DNA of 64,000 nucleotides from Candidatus Eremiobacteria bacterium (GTDB lineage: Bacteria; Vulcanimicrobiota; Vulcanimicrobiia; Vulcanimicrobiales; Vulcanimicrobiaceae). Positions within the stretch are counted from its first letter, which is position 1. Every line of letters starts with the position of its first letter. The notes under the pieces are model-generated. The model had not been told where the DNA came from, ran no database searches, and was given only the letters and a program-made list of their open reading frames with translations. Both the position numbers and the translations under genes were made by a program. Location of the stretch: contig CAVTRC010000001.1 of assembly GCA_963737065.1 (NCBI GenBank), forward strand, positions 1,696,001 through 1,760,000, in the 5' to 3' direction. Below are positions 1 through 11,629 of the stretch, one piece after another.

Positions 1-1267
1 ACCCACGCTGTCGTTTCGAGGCATCGACAATAAAAGCTATTACCGCCTCGATAACGGGCGATACTACGTCGATTACACGGGATGCGGCAACACGTTGAAT
101 TTGGCGCATCCGCGCACATTGCAGCTCGTGACCGATTCGATGCGCTATTGGGTCAATGAAATGCACGTCGACGGATTCCGTTTCGATCTTGCGCCCGCGC
201 TCGGCCGGCGCGAAGGCAGCTTCGCGCAATCGAGCGCATTTCTCAACGCGGTGCAGCAAGATCCGGTGTTATCGCGCGTCAAATTGATCGCCGAGCCGTG
301 GGACCTTTCGCCGGGCGGATATCAACTCGGCAATTTCCCACCCGGGTGGTCCGAATGGAACGATCGCTATCGCGACTCGGTGCGGCGCTTCTGGCAAGGC
401 AATGACGGCATGATCCCGGAAGTTGCATCGCGCTTGACCGGATCGAGCGACATCTTCGATCACGACGGGCGCCGGCCGCGCTCGAGCATCAACTTCGTCA
501 CCGTGCACGACGGATTTACGCTTAACGATCTTGTCAGTTACAACGAGAAACACAACGAAGCGAATCTGGAAGGTAATCACGACGGCACGTCGGCGAACTA
601 TAGCTGGAACTGCGGCATCGAAGGACCGACCCACGACGTCGCCGTGAGCCACCTTCGCGCGCAGCAGAAACGCAATCTGCTCGCGACGCTCTTGCTCTCG
701 CAAGGTGTGCCGATGCTCCTCGCCGGGGACGAGTTGAGCAACACGCAGTACGGAAATAACAACGCGTACTGCCAAGACAACGAAATCGGCTGGATTTCTT
801 GGACTGACGTTACGTTCGATCCCGAACTCGTCGATTTCGTGCGCGACTTGATCGATCTGCGAAAAATGCATCCCGTCTTCAGGCGGCCGCAGTTCTTCCA
901 CGGAACCGCAACCGGACCGAGCAATCTGAAAGACATCACCTGGATCAATCCTTCCGGTACGGAAATGACCGAAAGCGACTGGCATAACGGTTCCGTTCGG
1001 GTACTGGGCGCGATGCTCGGCGGTGACACCGGCGACCGCTTCGTGAGCCTTCGCGGCTATCCGGAGTTCGACGAAACGTTTTTGCTGCTCATGAACGCGC
1101 ACGATCATGACATCACGTTCACATTGCCCGCTCTTCCGTCGTTTCACGGCTGGAAGCTCTTGATCGACACGACCTGGCCGCTACCCCTCGCGCCCGATAC
1201 GCGGTTTCTTCCAAACGCAGGGTTCTCGCTGCGTTCGCGTACGACCGCACTGCTCGTTGCCGAGTGA
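1..1267 (+). CDS. glgX: Glycogen debranching enzyme GlgX (GH13), 5' end outside window
   Basis: VDGFRFDLA, KLIAEPWD, INFVTVHDGFTL and GNNNAYCQDN motifs; upstream frame continues (DYTGCGNT) towards the window edge. Confidence 0.95.
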   Translation, partial: PTLSFRGIDNKSYYRLDNGRYYVDYTGCGNTLNLAHPRTLQLVTDSMRYWVNEMHVDGFRFDLAPALGRREGSFAQSSAFLNAVQQDPVLSRVKLIAEPWDLSPGGYQLGNFPPGWSEWNDRYRDSVRRFWQGNDGMIPEVASRLTGSSDIFDHDGRRPRSSINFVTVHDGFTLNDLVSYNEKHNEANLEGNHDGTSANYSWNCGIEGPTHDVAVSHLRAQQKRNLLATLLLSQGVPMLLAGDELSNTQYGNNNAYCQDNEIGWISWTDVTFDPELVDFVRDLIDLRKMHPVFRRPQFFHGTATGPSNLKDITWINPSGTEMTESDWHNGSVRVLGAMLGGDTGDRFVSLRGYPEFDETFLLLMNAHDHDITFTLPALPSFHGWKLLIDTTWPLPLAPDTRFLPNAGFSLRSRTTALLVAE

Positions 1268-1270
1268 TCG

Positions 1271-3223
1271 ATGATAAACGAACTGCTCGCGTACGCCGGA
1301 ATCGAAGATGACTACGCTGACGCGTTCGGTCGCCGTGCGAATGTGAGCGTTGAGAGTAAGCTGCTCATTCTCAATGCGCTTGGCTATGCCGTTACCGACG
1401 ATGCGAGCGCGGCTCGCGTTCTGCACGATGCGTGGGTCACGGACCGGCTGCATCCGATCAAGCCCGTCTACGTGGTGCGCGAGCACGATGCTGATTCATG
1501 GCCGCTTCCGCTCCGCGAAGCGCTCGATCCCAAAAGCGCACCCGGATACTACGATCTCGAGATCGCAAAGGAGACGACGCGGGCGATCGTGGCGCCCCGT
1601 CAAGCCTACGTCGCGCCCGGCGTAGAGCGCGCTCGCATCTGGGGTCCGAGCGCGCAACTCTACGCACTGCGCTCCCCGAACAACTGGGGCATCGGCGACT
1701 TCGGCGATCTGCGTTCGCTCGCCACGCTCGCGAAGCGGACCGGCGGGTCGTTGATAGGGATCAGCCCGCTCCATCAACTGCATCTCACGAATCCGGAAGC
1801 GGCCAGTCCTTACGCACCGCTCAGCCGCGGTTACCTCAACGCGCTCTACATCGACGTCGCCGCAGCCGCCGGTGAATTTTCCGTCACCGTCGACGGCTCT
1901 GCCGCCCCAAGACTTCGCGCCGCCGACTTCGTGGATTACGCGGGCGTCGCGCGCGCAAAGCTCGCGGCCCTTCAAACGATCTTCGAAGCGATTGACGTCG
2001 AGCGTGAAATCGACGACTTCGTCGCGCGCGCGCCCGGTGTTCGCGCGATGGCGATCTACGAAGCGATAATGGAAGTGCTGACGCACCGCGATCCGGCGAT
2101 CCGCACTTGGATGCAGTGGCCGGCGGAGTTGCGCGATCGAAATAGCGGCGCGGTTGCAGTCTTCGCGCAGACGCACGAACCGCGCGTGCGTTTTTACCTG
2201 TTTCTGCAGTGGCTCGCGGACCGGCAACTCGCGCGCGCGGCCAGTGAAGCCTCCGGTATGACGATCGGTTTGTACCGCGATCTCGCGGTCGGCGTCGATC
2301 TCGCAAGCGCCGACGTGTGGTCTGAGCCCGATGCGTATGCGTTCGGCCTTTCCGTCGGTGCGCCGCCCGATGCGCTCAATACCTCCGGACAGAACTGGGG
2401 ATTACCGCCGCTGCATCCGCGCGCTCTCGTCGCGCGTGCATACGGACCGTTGATCTCGCTGCTGCGCGCGAACATGCGCCATGCGGGTGCGCTGCGCATC
2501 GATCATGTGATGGGACTCAAGCGCCTGTTTTGTATCCCGCGCGAACGTCCGGCAGGCGGCGGCGCGTACGTGAACTACGATTTCGAAGCGATGCTGGGCA
2601 TCGTGGCGCTCGAATCGCATCTGCAGCGATGCATGGTGATCGGCGAAGACCTTGGGACCGTTCCGCAGGGATTCCGCGAACGGCTCGCGCCCGAACGTAT
2701 TTTTTCTTGCCGCGTGCTGCTTTTCGAGCGCGACGATGAGTCATTTCGTCCACCGGGCGAGTATCCGGCGGACTCCGTTGCGAGCGCCGGAACGCATGAC
2801 TTGCCCACGCTCGCCGGGTGGTGGACCGGTACGGATATCGACACGCGCGAGCGGCTCGGATGGATTGATGCGGGAACCGCACGCGAGGAGCGCGACGAGC
2901 GCGAACGTTCGCGCGCGCAGCTCGTGCGAGCGCTTCGCGACGCCGGCTGTCTCGCAGAGGCACAAGACCCGGACGAGAGCACACTGCTTGCGGCGACACA
3001 CCGCTTTCTTGCGCGCACGGATTCGCGCGTGGTACTCGCGCAACTCGAGGACTTGCTCGGACAGCACGAACAAGTCAACGTCCCGGGAACGACCACTGAA
3101 GAACCGAATTGGAGACGGAAGCTCGCCTTGCCAATCGACGCATTCGAAGGCAACGATACGTTTGCCGACGCCGTGCGCATCATGCGCGAGGAGCGGCCGC
3201 TGAATCGGGAGGTCGTAGCATGA
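1271..3223 (+). CDS. malQ: 4-alpha-glucanotransferase (GH77)
   Basis: [44 protein letters not shown] motifs. Confidence 0.95.
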   Translation: MINELLAYAGIEDDYADAFGRRANVSVESKLLILNALGYAVTDDASAARVLHDAWVTDRLHPIKPVYVVREHDADSWPLPLREALDPKSAPGYYDLEIAKETTRAIVAPRQAYVAPGVERARIWGPSAQLYALRSPNNWGIGDFGDLRSLATLAKRTGGSLIGISPLHQLHLTNPEAASPYAPLSRGYLNALYIDVAAAAGEFSVTVDGSAAPRLRAADFVDYAGVARAKLAALQTIFEAIDVEREIDDFVARAPGVRAMAIYEAIMEVLTHRDPAIRTWMQWPAELRDRNSGAVAVFAQTHEPRVRFYLFLQWLADRQLARAASEASGMTIGLYRDLAVGVDLASADVWSEPDAYAFGLSVGAPPDALNTSGQNWGLPPLHPRALVARAYGPLISLLRANMRHAGALRIDHVMGLKRLFCIPRERPAGGGAYVNYDFEAMLGIVALESHLQRCMVIGEDLGTVPQGFRERLAPERIFSCRVLLFERDDESFRPPGEYPADSVASAGTHDLPTLAGWWTGTDIDTRERLGWIDAGTAREERDERERSRAQLVRALRDAGCLAEAQDPDESTLLAATHRFLARTDSRVVLAQLEDLLGQHEQVNVPGTTTEEPNWRRKLALPIDAFEGNDTFADAVRIMREERPLNREVVA

Positions 3224-5718
3224 GAGCCGTGGTGATGGCTGGAGGAGAGGGATCGCGCCTGCGACCGCTGACCTCGCGACGTCCGAAGCCGCTTGCACCG
3301 ATCGCCAATCGGCCCGTAATGCATCATATCGTCGAACTGCTCCGCTCGCACGGGATCACGGATATCGTTGCGACCTTGCACTACCTCGCGGACGAGATCG
3401 AGTCGTACTTTGCGGACGGCTCGGCGTTGGGCGTGACCATGCGTTACGTCGTCGAGGACACGCCGCTCGGCACTGCGGGCGCGGTGAAGATGGCCGAGGA
3501 GTTTTTGCGCGGTGAGACGTTCATCATCATCTCGGGCGACGCGATGACCGATCTCGACGTTGCCTCGCTAATCGAAGCGCATCGCGCGGCAAAGAATGAT
3601 GCGACGATTGCACTCTGGCGCGTGAGCAATCCGCTCGAATTCGGCGTCGTGATTACCGACGACGACGGTCAGATTACACGGTTTATGGAGAAACCGTCGT
3701 GGGGCGAAGTCTTCTCCGACACGATCAACACCGGCATCTACGTGCTCGAGCCGGCGATTCTCGACTACATGGAAGCCGGAAAGAATTACGATTTTTCCAA
3801 GGATCTCTTCCCCCGAATGCTTCGCGACGGAAAACGACTCGGCGGTCATATCGTCTCCGACTACTGGGCCGACGTCGGAAACTTGCAGCAATACCAACAA
3901 GCAAATTACGACGCGGTCTCCGGCGTTGTACGAACGCAGCGTCCGCCGTTCGAACTGCGCCCGCAGGTATGGGCCGGTGCCGATTGCCAGATCGATCCGA
4001 CCGCAACGATCGAAGGTCCGGTCGAAATCGGCGACCGCGTGAAGATTGGTCCGGATGTCGCGATCGAAGGGCCGGCATGCATCGGCAATGATGTGATCCT
4101 CGAAACCGGCGCTACCGTGCGCCGTTCGGTGTTGTGGGAAAACGTCTACATCGGCGCGGATGCCGAACTCGAAGACTGCACGATTGCAAACCGCTCGATC
4201 GTCAAGGAACGCGCAAGCATCGGCGAAGGCACCGTCGTCGGCGAACGATGCACGATCGGTGCATCGGCGATCGTTCGTCCGCACCTGAAGCTGTGGCCCG
4301 AGAAAAACGTTAGCTCGGGATCGATCGTGTCGATGTCGCTGATTTACGGAATCAAGTGGCCCGGTTCGCTCTTCGGCGGTGAAGGCGTCACGGGGCTTGC
4401 GAACCTTGAAATCACGCCGGAGTTCGCGCTGAAGCTGGGCCAAGCGTTCGGGTCGTTCTTGCGGCCCGGCGAGAGCGTAATGACGAGCCGCGACACGCAC
4501 CCGTCGAGCCGTATCATGAACCGTTGCGTGATCTCGGGACTGCTGAGCGTCGGCGTCAACGTGGAAGACTTGCGGTCGTTCCCGCTGCCGCTATCGCGGT
4601 TTGCGACGCGCAACGGCGGAGAAGGCTGCGTGCATACGCGCGTTGCGCCGAATGACGATCGCTCGCTTCTCTTCGAATTCTTCGACCGCAGCGGCATCAA
4701 CGTCGACAAAGCCACGGAACGGAAGATCGAAAATTTATTTTTCCGCGAGGATTTCCGCCGCGTGAGCATGGACGATGTCGGCCGGTTGAATTTTCCCGCG
4801 CGAGCGCTTGAAAATTACACGAGTGCGTTTCTCTCCGCACTCGCACCGGCGGCGTTGCAGGACCGTCGCTTCCGCATCGTCGCGGACTACGCGTACGGCA
4901 ATGCGGCGCTCGTGCTCCCCCGGATACTCAGCAACCTGAACATCGATACGATCGCGCTCAACGCGTACTTCGACGACAATCGCGTCGGTACGCCTAACGA
5001 CGATCGCGAGCATCTGCTCGAACGACTGAGCGGCATCGTTTGCACGCTGCGCGCCGATCTCGGTCTGCTGCTCGACCACGACGGTGAAACGTTTGCCGTC
5101 GTTGACGATAAGGGGCGCGTGATCGATCACAACGAGCTCATTGCGTTGCTGACGCTCATGGTCGTGCGCGCGGGCGCTAAGACGATTGCCGTCCCCGTCA
5201 TGGCCCCGACGGCAATCGATGAGATCGCCAGAGAGTACGGCGCGACGGTCATTCGCGCGCGCAGCGACCGGCGCTCGCTGATGGCGCTTGCCGAGTCGCA
5301 GGGAAAGGATCTTGCGTTCGCCGGCAGTGCAAATTATGAAGTGATTTTTCCCGAGATGCACCCGGCGTTCGATGCGTTGTACGGTTCGGCAAAACTGATG
5401 GATCTGCTCGCGCGCGAGGGCCGCCCGCTGAGCGAACTCGTCGATATGTTGCCGTCCTGGCATCTTGCGACGGTCCGCGTACCGTGCCCGTGGGAACACA
5501 AGGGCCGTGTCATGCGAACGCTCATCGCCGAACAGAAACGCAACGAGATCGAACTGTTCGAAGGCCTGCGCGTCAAACGTGACGGCGGCTGGGTGCTCGT
5601 GCTCCCCGATTCAACCGATCCGACGTTCACCGTCTACGCGGAAGCGCCAAGCGACGGCGACGCGACCGCTTACGCGGAACGTATGGGCACCCGCATCGAA
5701 GAACTCGTAAATGCCTAG
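3220..5718 (+). CDS. Mannose-1-phosphate guanylyltransferase-like NTP transferase, hexapeptide repeats and phosphohexomutase-like domain fusion
   Basis: [22 protein letters not shown] motifs, LbH repeats, C-terminal PGM/PMM-like region; ATG 3220 overlaps malQ stop (ATGA). Confidence 0.88.
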   Translation: MRAVVMAGGEGSRLRPLTSRRPKPLAPIANRPVMHHIVELLRSHGITDIVATLHYLADEIESYFADGSALGVTMRYVVEDTPLGTAGAVKMAEEFLRGETFIIISGDAMTDLDVASLIEAHRAAKNDATIALWRVSNPLEFGVVITDDDGQITRFMEKPSWGEVFSDTINTGIYVLEPAILDYMEAGKNYDFSKDLFPRMLRDGKRLGGHIVSDYWADVGNLQQYQQANYDAVSGVVRTQRPPFELRPQVWAGADCQIDPTATIEGPVEIGDRVKIGPDVAIEGPACIGNDVILETGATVRRSVLWENVYIGADAELEDCTIANRSIVKERASIGEGTVVGERCTIGASAIVRPHLKLWPEKNVSSGSIVSMSLIYGIKWPGSLFGGEGVTGLANLEITPEFALKLGQAFGSFLRPGESVMTSRDTHPSSRIMNRCVISGLLSVGVNVEDLRSFPLPLSRFATRNGGEGCVHTRVAPNDDRSLLFEFFDRSGINVDKATERKIENLFFREDFRRVSMDDVGRLNFPARALENYTSAFLSALAPAALQDRRFRIVADYAYGNAALVLPRILSNLNIDTIALNAYFDDNRVGTPNDDREHLLERLSGIVCTLRADLGLLLDHDGETFAVVDDKGRVIDHNELIALLTLMVVRAGAKTIAVPVMAPTAIDEIAREYGATVIRARSDRRSLMALAESQGKDLAFAGSANYEVIFPEMHPAFDALYGSAKLMDLLAREGRPLSELVDMLPSWHLATVRVPCPWEHKGRVMRTLIAEQKRNEIELFEGLRVKRDGGWVLVLPDSTDPTFTVYAEAPSDGDATAYAERMGTRIEELVNA

Positions 5719-5733
5719 CCGGCGCGACGAAGA

Positions 5734-7020
5734 TTACGCGCGTTCAGACATGAAGGCGACCTTCGCATCGAGCACGTCGAGAACGTTCGGCCACGAGAAT
5801 TGGCGTGCGGTGACCGGTGCGTTTTCCCGGATTCGGTGTTGGATCGCGGTGTCGTCGAAGAGGCGGTCGAGATAGGTCGCGAGCTCGAGCGGATCGCTCG
5901 TGTCGCAGACGATCGCGTTATCGAACGCGCGCGCGTAATCTTCGCCGGTGGAACCGCACACCGCGATGCCGCCCGCTGCCATGACTTCCAATCCGACGAG
6001 CCCGAAGGGCTCTTTGCCGCTGTTGGCGAGTACCGCGTCAACCGCGCCGTAGAGCGTGTAGAGCATCGTATCGGGAAGGAAGCTGCGCACGTTGACGATG
6101 TCGGCTTTCGATGCAGCGAGGGTATCGCCGATCGCTTCAACGGTCGGCGATTCGAAGGAAACGTCTTCAATCGTCAATCCGCGTTGCGCCGCGCGCTCGA
6201 ATACGACGCCTGCGTATGGTTCTTTTCCGCCGCGCACGACGAGTTGCACGCGGATACCGTCGTCGCGAAGGTCAGCGACCGCGTCGATTGCTTGCAGCCA
6301 TCGTTTGTCCGGGTCGAACCGTCCGACTTTCAGCAGCATATGCCGCCCATCGAAGAGACGCCGGAGATAGGCAACGTCGCTCGCGCGCACTTCATCGAAT
6401 ATCCGTTCCGGAATGCCGTTCGGAATGACGAGCGATTCCGCGCCGCGTAACGCGAGTTCGAATTTCATGTAGCGGCTCACGCACGTGATGTGCGCGGCTT
6501 GGGCAAGCGCCGCAAAGTCGATCCTCTCGAACCCATAGGTGTTGTTCGCATTCCAGACGATCGTCGCCGCTTCACGTAACGCCGCGCGGCGCAGTATCGC
6601 ATCGAGCCCAAGAACGGCAGGCACGACTTGCCAGTCTTCCGCAAGGACGAGCACGCGTTCGTTGCGCGCAACGGCAGGTTCGATCATATTTGCGAGAAGG
6701 TACGGCGGAACGCTGGAACCGTAGTCGTTGATCTTGCCCCACTCGCCGTCATATACGCCTTGCGGGTGGTACGCTGAGATCCACTGCCCCCAGCGGCGCA
6801 ACGTCAGCCGCTCGCGTGTCTGCTCGACCGGCGGTAGCGACGGATCACCGACGTAAATGAGCTCGGTGTCGAAGCCCGCGTCGGCAAGCGCGACCGTGAG
6901 TTCCGATGCCCGTACGCCAAGACCGCCGACCATCGCATAGCGATCCGGTCCTTCAAATGACAGCACGGCGGCGCGTCGCGGTAGATGCGGATAACGTGCC
7001 ATGCGCACGTATCTACCCAT
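5734..7020 (-). CDS. GT4-family glycosyltransferase
   Basis: GGLG N-terminal loop, VIPNGI, VGRFDPDK, EPFGLVGLEVMAAG. Confidence 0.85.
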   Translation of the reverse strand: MGRYVRMARYPHLPRRAAVLSFEGPDRYAMVGGLGVRASELTVALADAGFDTELIYVGDPSLPPVEQTRERLTLRRWGQWISAYHPQGVYDGEWGKINDYGSSVPPYLLANMIEPAVARNERVLVLAEDWQVVPAVLGLDAILRRAALREAATIVWNANNTYGFERIDFAALAQAAHITCVSRYMKFELALRGAESLVIPNGIPERIFDEVRASDVAYLRRLFDGRHMLLKVGRFDPDKRWLQAIDAVADLRDDGIRVQLVVRGGKEPYAGVVFERAAQRGLTIEDVSFESPTVEAIGDTLAASKADIVNVRSFLPDTMLYTLYGAVDAVLANSGKEPFGLVGLEVMAAGGIAVCGSTGEDYARAFDNAIVCDTSDPLELATYLDRLFDDTAIQHRIRENAPVTARQFSWPNVLDVLDAKVAFMSERA

Positions 7021-9655
7021 ACTCCGAACGCTGTTCGATCAGTTTCGCGACGAGCGCAGTCCAGCCGGTTTGATGGCTTGCGCCGAGTCCCTTACCGGTA
7101 TCGCCGTGGAAGTATTCATAGAACGGGATCAGATCGCGCCAATGGGGATCGCGATTGAATTTGTCTACGCCGCCAAACACCGGGCGATTACCGTTGGCAT
7201 CGGGTAGAAAAATGTCGACCATACGCGATGACAGCAACGAGGCGACCTGCCAAAGGTCCATCATTTGTCCGCTTCCCGTCGGACATTCGATTTGCGCCCC
7301 GTCGCCCAGATAATAATGAAAACGCTGCAGCGCTTCGATCAACAAGAAATTCAACGGAAACCATACCGGGCCGCGCCAGTTCGAGTTTCCGCCGAAAACG
7401 CCGCTGGTCGATTCTCCCGGTTCGTAGTCGACGCGATATTGACGACCGTCGAGGCTCAGAACGAACGGATGCGTTGCATGATAACGAGAGAGGCTTCGAA
7501 CGCCGTACGGGCTCAAGAAACCCGACTCATCGAGGACCTTTTGCAAAATTCGCAGCCCTTGATCGCGATCGACGATCGAGAGCAAACGGCGTTCGCCGAC
7601 GCCCGGCTCGGTCATGCTTGCGACGTTCTGGGCGAGCTTCGGACGTTTTGCGATGAACCACTCGAGACGCCGTTTGAACTTCGGCAACGCATCGAGTTGC
7701 TCGGGCTCGACGATTTGTACGGCGAAGAGCGGCAGGATACCGACGACTGAGTAGATCTTCATCGGAATCGTGCGGCCGTCGTCGCACATGAGCATGTCGT
7801 AGTAGAAGCCGTCCTCCTCGTTCCACAAGCCGTGCCCGCCGAGGCGGTTCATCGCATCGGCGATGTAGAGAAAATGCTCGAAGAATTTCGTCGCGATATC
7901 TTCGTAGACGGGATTGTGGAGCGCGAGTTCGATCGCGATGGCGAGCATATTGAGCGTGTAGATTCCCATCCAGCTCGTGCCGTCCGATTGATTGAGAAAT
8001 TCGCCGCCCGGCAACGGCGCGCTCCGATCGAATACACCGATGTTGTCCAAGCCCAGAAAGCCGCCTTGAAAAACGTTGTTGCCCTGCGCGTCTTTGCGAT
8101 TGACCCACCATGTGAAGTTTAGCAACAGTTTCTGGAACATGCGTTCGAGAAATGCAACGTCGCCGTGTCCGCGTTCTTTTTGTTCGATTTGGTATACGCG
8201 AAGCGCGGCCCACGCGTGCACGGGCGGGTTCACGTCGTTGAATGCCCACTCGTACGCCGGCACTTGGCCGTTCGGATGCATGAACCACTCGCGCTTGAGC
8301 AGGATCAGTTGGTTCTTGGCAAACTCCGGATCGATCACCGCAAACGCAACGCAATGAAAGGCGAGGTCCCACGCGGCGAACCACGGGTACTCCCACGTAT
8401 CGGGCATCGACATGACTTCCGCCGCGTCGAAATGCGTCCAGTCGTGGTTGCGTCCCAACAGCCGTTGCGCGGGCGGCTGCGGCTGCATCGGATCGCCGTC
8501 AAGCCATCGCCAAACGTTATAGTGATAGAATTGCTTCGACCAGAGCAATCCCGCAAACGCTTGGCGTTGCACGCGCCGCGCCTCCGCATCGGCGCGAAAG
8601 GGATTGATCCCATCGTAGAATCGGTCGGCATCGTCGATGCGCTTCTCAAAAGCGGCATCGAAGGCAGCATCAAATGGACGATCGCGCGGCGTGTCGCTCA
8701 GCCGCAACTTCACCGTTCGACGTTCGCCGCCGCCGAGCGAAAGCGGATAGTGGGCGCTTACTTTTGTCCCGTGCGCGTCGGGGTTTACCGCATTCGTATC
8801 GCCATGAACGATGAAGCGTTCGATCCCGTCCTTCACATAGGGGCTGCGGTTTGCGATGCCCCACAGCGCTTGAAAATTCGTCTCGTTCTCGGTGAAGAGC
8901 ATCCGCGCGGGCGCGTCCGCGTAAAAATAATAGTCGCCCAGATCGGCGTGGTGCGCGAGGAGATGCGCGCACTCCGTCGTTATGCTGCGTTGCACGATCG
9001 ACGGGCGCTCGATCCCCTCGCGCCACGACCACTCATTGCGAAACCATAGCGTCGGCAACACATGTAAATCGTGCGGCTCGTTCGAGCGGTTCGTCGCCGT
9101 GATACGGATCAAGATGTCGTCCGGCGACGCTTTCGCGTATTCGACTTCAACATCGAAGTAGCGGTCTTCATCGAAAACGCTCGTATCGATCAACTCGTAT
9201 TCCGGATCGAGACGCGTGCGTCGGCGGTTCTCATCCAAGAGCTGACGATACGGAAAGGGCGCGTGCGCATATTTGTAGAGCGCGCGCATGTATGAGTGCG
9301 AGGGCAGGTTATCGAGGAAGAAATAATATTCTTTTACGTCCTCGCCGTGGTTGCCCTGATTGCCGGTGAGCCCGAAGAACCGGTCCTTCAGCCGATCGTC
9401 GGCACCGTTCCACAGCGCGATCGCAAAACACAGATGCTGGCTCGCATCGGAGATGCCGAAGATGCCGTCTTCGCCCCAGCGGTACGCGCGCTTCGATGCC
9501 ATGTCGAACGGGAAGTACTCCCACGCCTCGCCGGTCGCGCTATAGTCCTCGCGCACCGTTCCCCATTGGCGGTCGCTGACGTACGGGCCCCACCGCCACC
9601 ACGGTGCGCTCGTATCGGCGAGCCGCTCGCGTTCCGGATTCTCCGAGTTGTTCAT
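7013..9655 (-). CDS. GH63/MGH1-like glucosidase
   Basis: WGPYVSDRQWGTVREDYS, WEYPWFAAWDLAFH, GNSNWRGPVW, GASHQTGWT. Confidence 0.88.
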   Translation of the reverse strand: MNNSENPERERLADTSAPWWRWGPYVSDRQWGTVREDYSATGEAWEYFPFDMASKRAYRWGEDGIFGISDASQHLCFAIALWNGADDRLKDRFFGLTGNQGNHGEDVKEYYFFLDNLPSHSYMRALYKYAHAPFPYRQLLDENRRRTRLDPEYELIDTSVFDEDRYFDVEVEYAKASPDDILIRITATNRSNEPHDLHVLPTLWFRNEWSWREGIERPSIVQRSITTECAHLLAHHADLGDYYFYADAPARMLFTENETNFQALWGIANRSPYVKDGIERFIVHGDTNAVNPDAHGTKVSAHYPLSLGGGERRTVKLRLSDTPRDRPFDAAFDAAFEKRIDDADRFYDGINPFRADAEARRVQRQAFAGLLWSKQFYHYNVWRWLDGDPMQPQPPAQRLLGRNHDWTHFDAAEVMSMPDTWEYPWFAAWDLAFHCVAFAVIDPEFAKNQLILLKREWFMHPNGQVPAYEWAFNDVNPPVHAWAALRVYQIEQKERGHGDVAFLERMFQKLLLNFTWWVNRKDAQGNNVFQGGFLGLDNIGVFDRSAPLPGGEFLNQSDGTSWMGIYTLNMLAIAIELALHNPVYEDIATKFFEHFLYIADAMNRLGGHGLWNEEDGFYYDMLMCDDGRTIPMKIYSVVGILPLFAVQIVEPEQLDALPKFKRRLEWFIAKRPKLAQNVASMTEPGVGERRLLSIVDRDQGLRILQKVLDESGFLSPYGVRSLSRYHATHPFVLSLDGRQYRVDYEPGESTSGVFGGNSNWRGPVWFPLNFLLIEALQRFHYYLGDGAQIECPTGSGQMMDLWQVASLLSSRMVDIFLPDANGNRPVFGGVDKFNRDPHWRDLIPFYEYFHGDTGKGLGASHQTGWTALVAKLIEQRSEYG

Positions 9656-11607
9656 CCGTGCTCTCCTTGCAATTCATGCCATACACGCAGAATCTCGGCA
9701 ACGCTCCATGCTTGCGCAATTGCGCCGCATTGATCGTACGGCGCATCGCCATCGGTCAATTCTGCAATCGTTCCCACGCCATACGTAGCAACGACGTCCG
9801 CAAACGGTTGCAACCACCGCAACGCGTCGGCGGCATCGGCGCCCGTGTTGTGGCGCGCGCGGAGAAACGTTGCCGTGAGCCACGGCCACGCCGTGCCGCG
9901 ATGATACGCTGCGTCCCGATCGCGCGGAGATCCGCCGTAATGCCCGACGTACGCCGGGTCCGCCGGCGACAACGACCGCACGCTGCACGGCGTGAGCAGC
10001 GTTCGCGCGGCGAGGTCGACGATCGCCGTTTCCTGTTCGGCGCTAAGCGCGCGAAACGGCAAGGCGACGGCGATGAGCGCATTCGGCCTAATCGTCGCAT
10101 CGTTCCCGTCGGGACCGTCGAGCACGTCGAAGAGATACTCCGCCTCATCGTTCCAGAACCGTGCAAACGAACGGTGCACGGACGATGCAAGGTCGCGGTA
10201 ACGCGACGGGTCGCGTGCGACAAGATGCGCGAAGGCCTCCATGGAGCGAAGCGCGTTGTACCAAAGCGCGTTGATTTCAACGGGTTTGCCGATTCGCGGC
10301 GTAACGACCCAATCACCGATTTTTGCGTCCATCCACGTAAGTTGGATGCCCGTCTCGCCCGCGTAGAGCAGTCCGTCGCGTTGATCGACACCAATGTGAT
10401 AGCGGGTACCGCGCGCGTATGAGTTGATGATTTCATCGGCCGCGTCGAAGACCTCGTGCACCAACGATGCGTCCTGCGTTACCGCGTGGTATTGACGCAC
10501 CGCTTCGATGAACCACAACGCCGCATCGACGGCGTTGTACTCGGGTCGTGCACCGCCGTCGGGAAAGCGATTCGGCAGCATGCCGCGATCGATATAGCGC
10601 GCGAACGTCGCCAAAATCGTGCGGCCGATCTCCGGCCTTCCGGTCGTAAGCGTTAGGCCGCCGAGCGCGATCATCGTGTCGCGGCCCCAATCACCGAACC
10701 AGTGATATCCCGCGATCACCGTTTTCCCCGGCGTTCCATCCACGGGCCTGTCGACGATAAATTGATCCGCCGCGAGGACCAACGATTCGATCCATTCGGG
10801 AGCCGTTGAAGCGGAGCGTTGTGTGCGACGCCACCGGTCGAGCAAACCGCTCTCTGATACGCGCGCTTGTGCAAGCTCTGCTTGCGCATCGAACGGCGCG
10901 ACCGCTGCGGTCGAGGCGACGATCGTCAACGATTCACCGGCCGCGAGCGTCGCTTCGATCGTGCACGCATGGTAGTGATCTTCGACGTCGTCTAAACCTC
11001 GTTCCGTTTCACGCGATAACAGAAAGCCGTAATACCACTCGCTCGAGGCCGCAAGCGTGCCGCGATCGATTCGCAGATGCCACGGCACGCCGCCGAGCGC
11101 GACCGTTGCGGTTTGGCCCTCGACCGTCGTCGCATCGCTCACTTCATACGCGCGCGTTAACGAATGATAGTCGCGGTCGTTGGCGTACGCCTTGAGTGAA
11201 ATCGTCACGGGAGTTCGCGCGCGCGCAACGGTGTACCGAACGAAGGTCGTCGATGCACCGCGCATCCAGACGCGCCGTTCGATCAAAGCATCGGCAATGG
11301 CATACGTCCACACCGGTATGCGGCGCTCTAGGCGAAAATCGATGATGAACCGGAAGCCGTCGGGGCCGATGCTGCCGTCATGCCAACGGTTCGCCCCGAG
11401 CGCGATCGCGCAGTTTCCATACTCGATCGATGCATCGAGTTTCGCGAGAAGTACCCGGCGCCCAAGAGGCGGTGCCGTCGCGGCAACGAGCAAACCGTGA
11501 TAACGACGCGTCAGAACGTCCGAAACGGTCCCGGATGCATAGCCTCCGCAACCGTCGGTTACGAGCCACTCGCGGTGTTCCGCGACGTCGAGGTGGCCCC
11601 ACTCCAT
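9652..11607 (-). CDS. Amylo-alpha-1,6-glucosidase (GH133-like debranching enzyme)
   Basis: EWLVTDGCGGYASGT, TRRYHGLL, AGYHWFGDWGRDT, LTWMDAK, QAWSVAE. Confidence 0.88.
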   Translation of the reverse strand: MEWGHLDVAEHREWLVTDGCGGYASGTVSDVLTRRYHGLLVAATAPPLGRRVLLAKLDASIEYGNCAIALGANRWHDGSIGPDGFRFIIDFRLERRIPVWTYAIADALIERRVWMRGASTTFVRYTVARARTPVTISLKAYANDRDYHSLTRAYEVSDATTVEGQTATVALGGVPWHLRIDRGTLAASSEWYYGFLLSRETERGLDDVEDHYHACTIEATLAAGESLTIVASTAAVAPFDAQAELAQARVSESGLLDRWRRTQRSASTAPEWIESLVLAADQFIVDRPVDGTPGKTVIAGYHWFGDWGRDTMIALGGLTLTTGRPEIGRTILATFARYIDRGMLPNRFPDGGARPEYNAVDAALWFIEAVRQYHAVTQDASLVHEVFDAADEIINSYARGTRYHIGVDQRDGLLYAGETGIQLTWMDAKIGDWVVTPRIGKPVEINALWYNALRSMEAFAHLVARDPSRYRDLASSVHRSFARFWNDEAEYLFDVLDGPDGNDATIRPNALIAVALPFRALSAEQETAIVDLAARTLLTPCSVRSLSPADPAYVGHYGGSPRDRDAAYHRGTAWPWLTATFLRARHNTGADAADALRWLQPFADVVATYGVGTIAELTDGDAPYDQCGAIAQAWSVAEILRVWHELQGEHG

Positions 11608-11629
11608 TCGGGAGCGGGTTTTATCGCGC

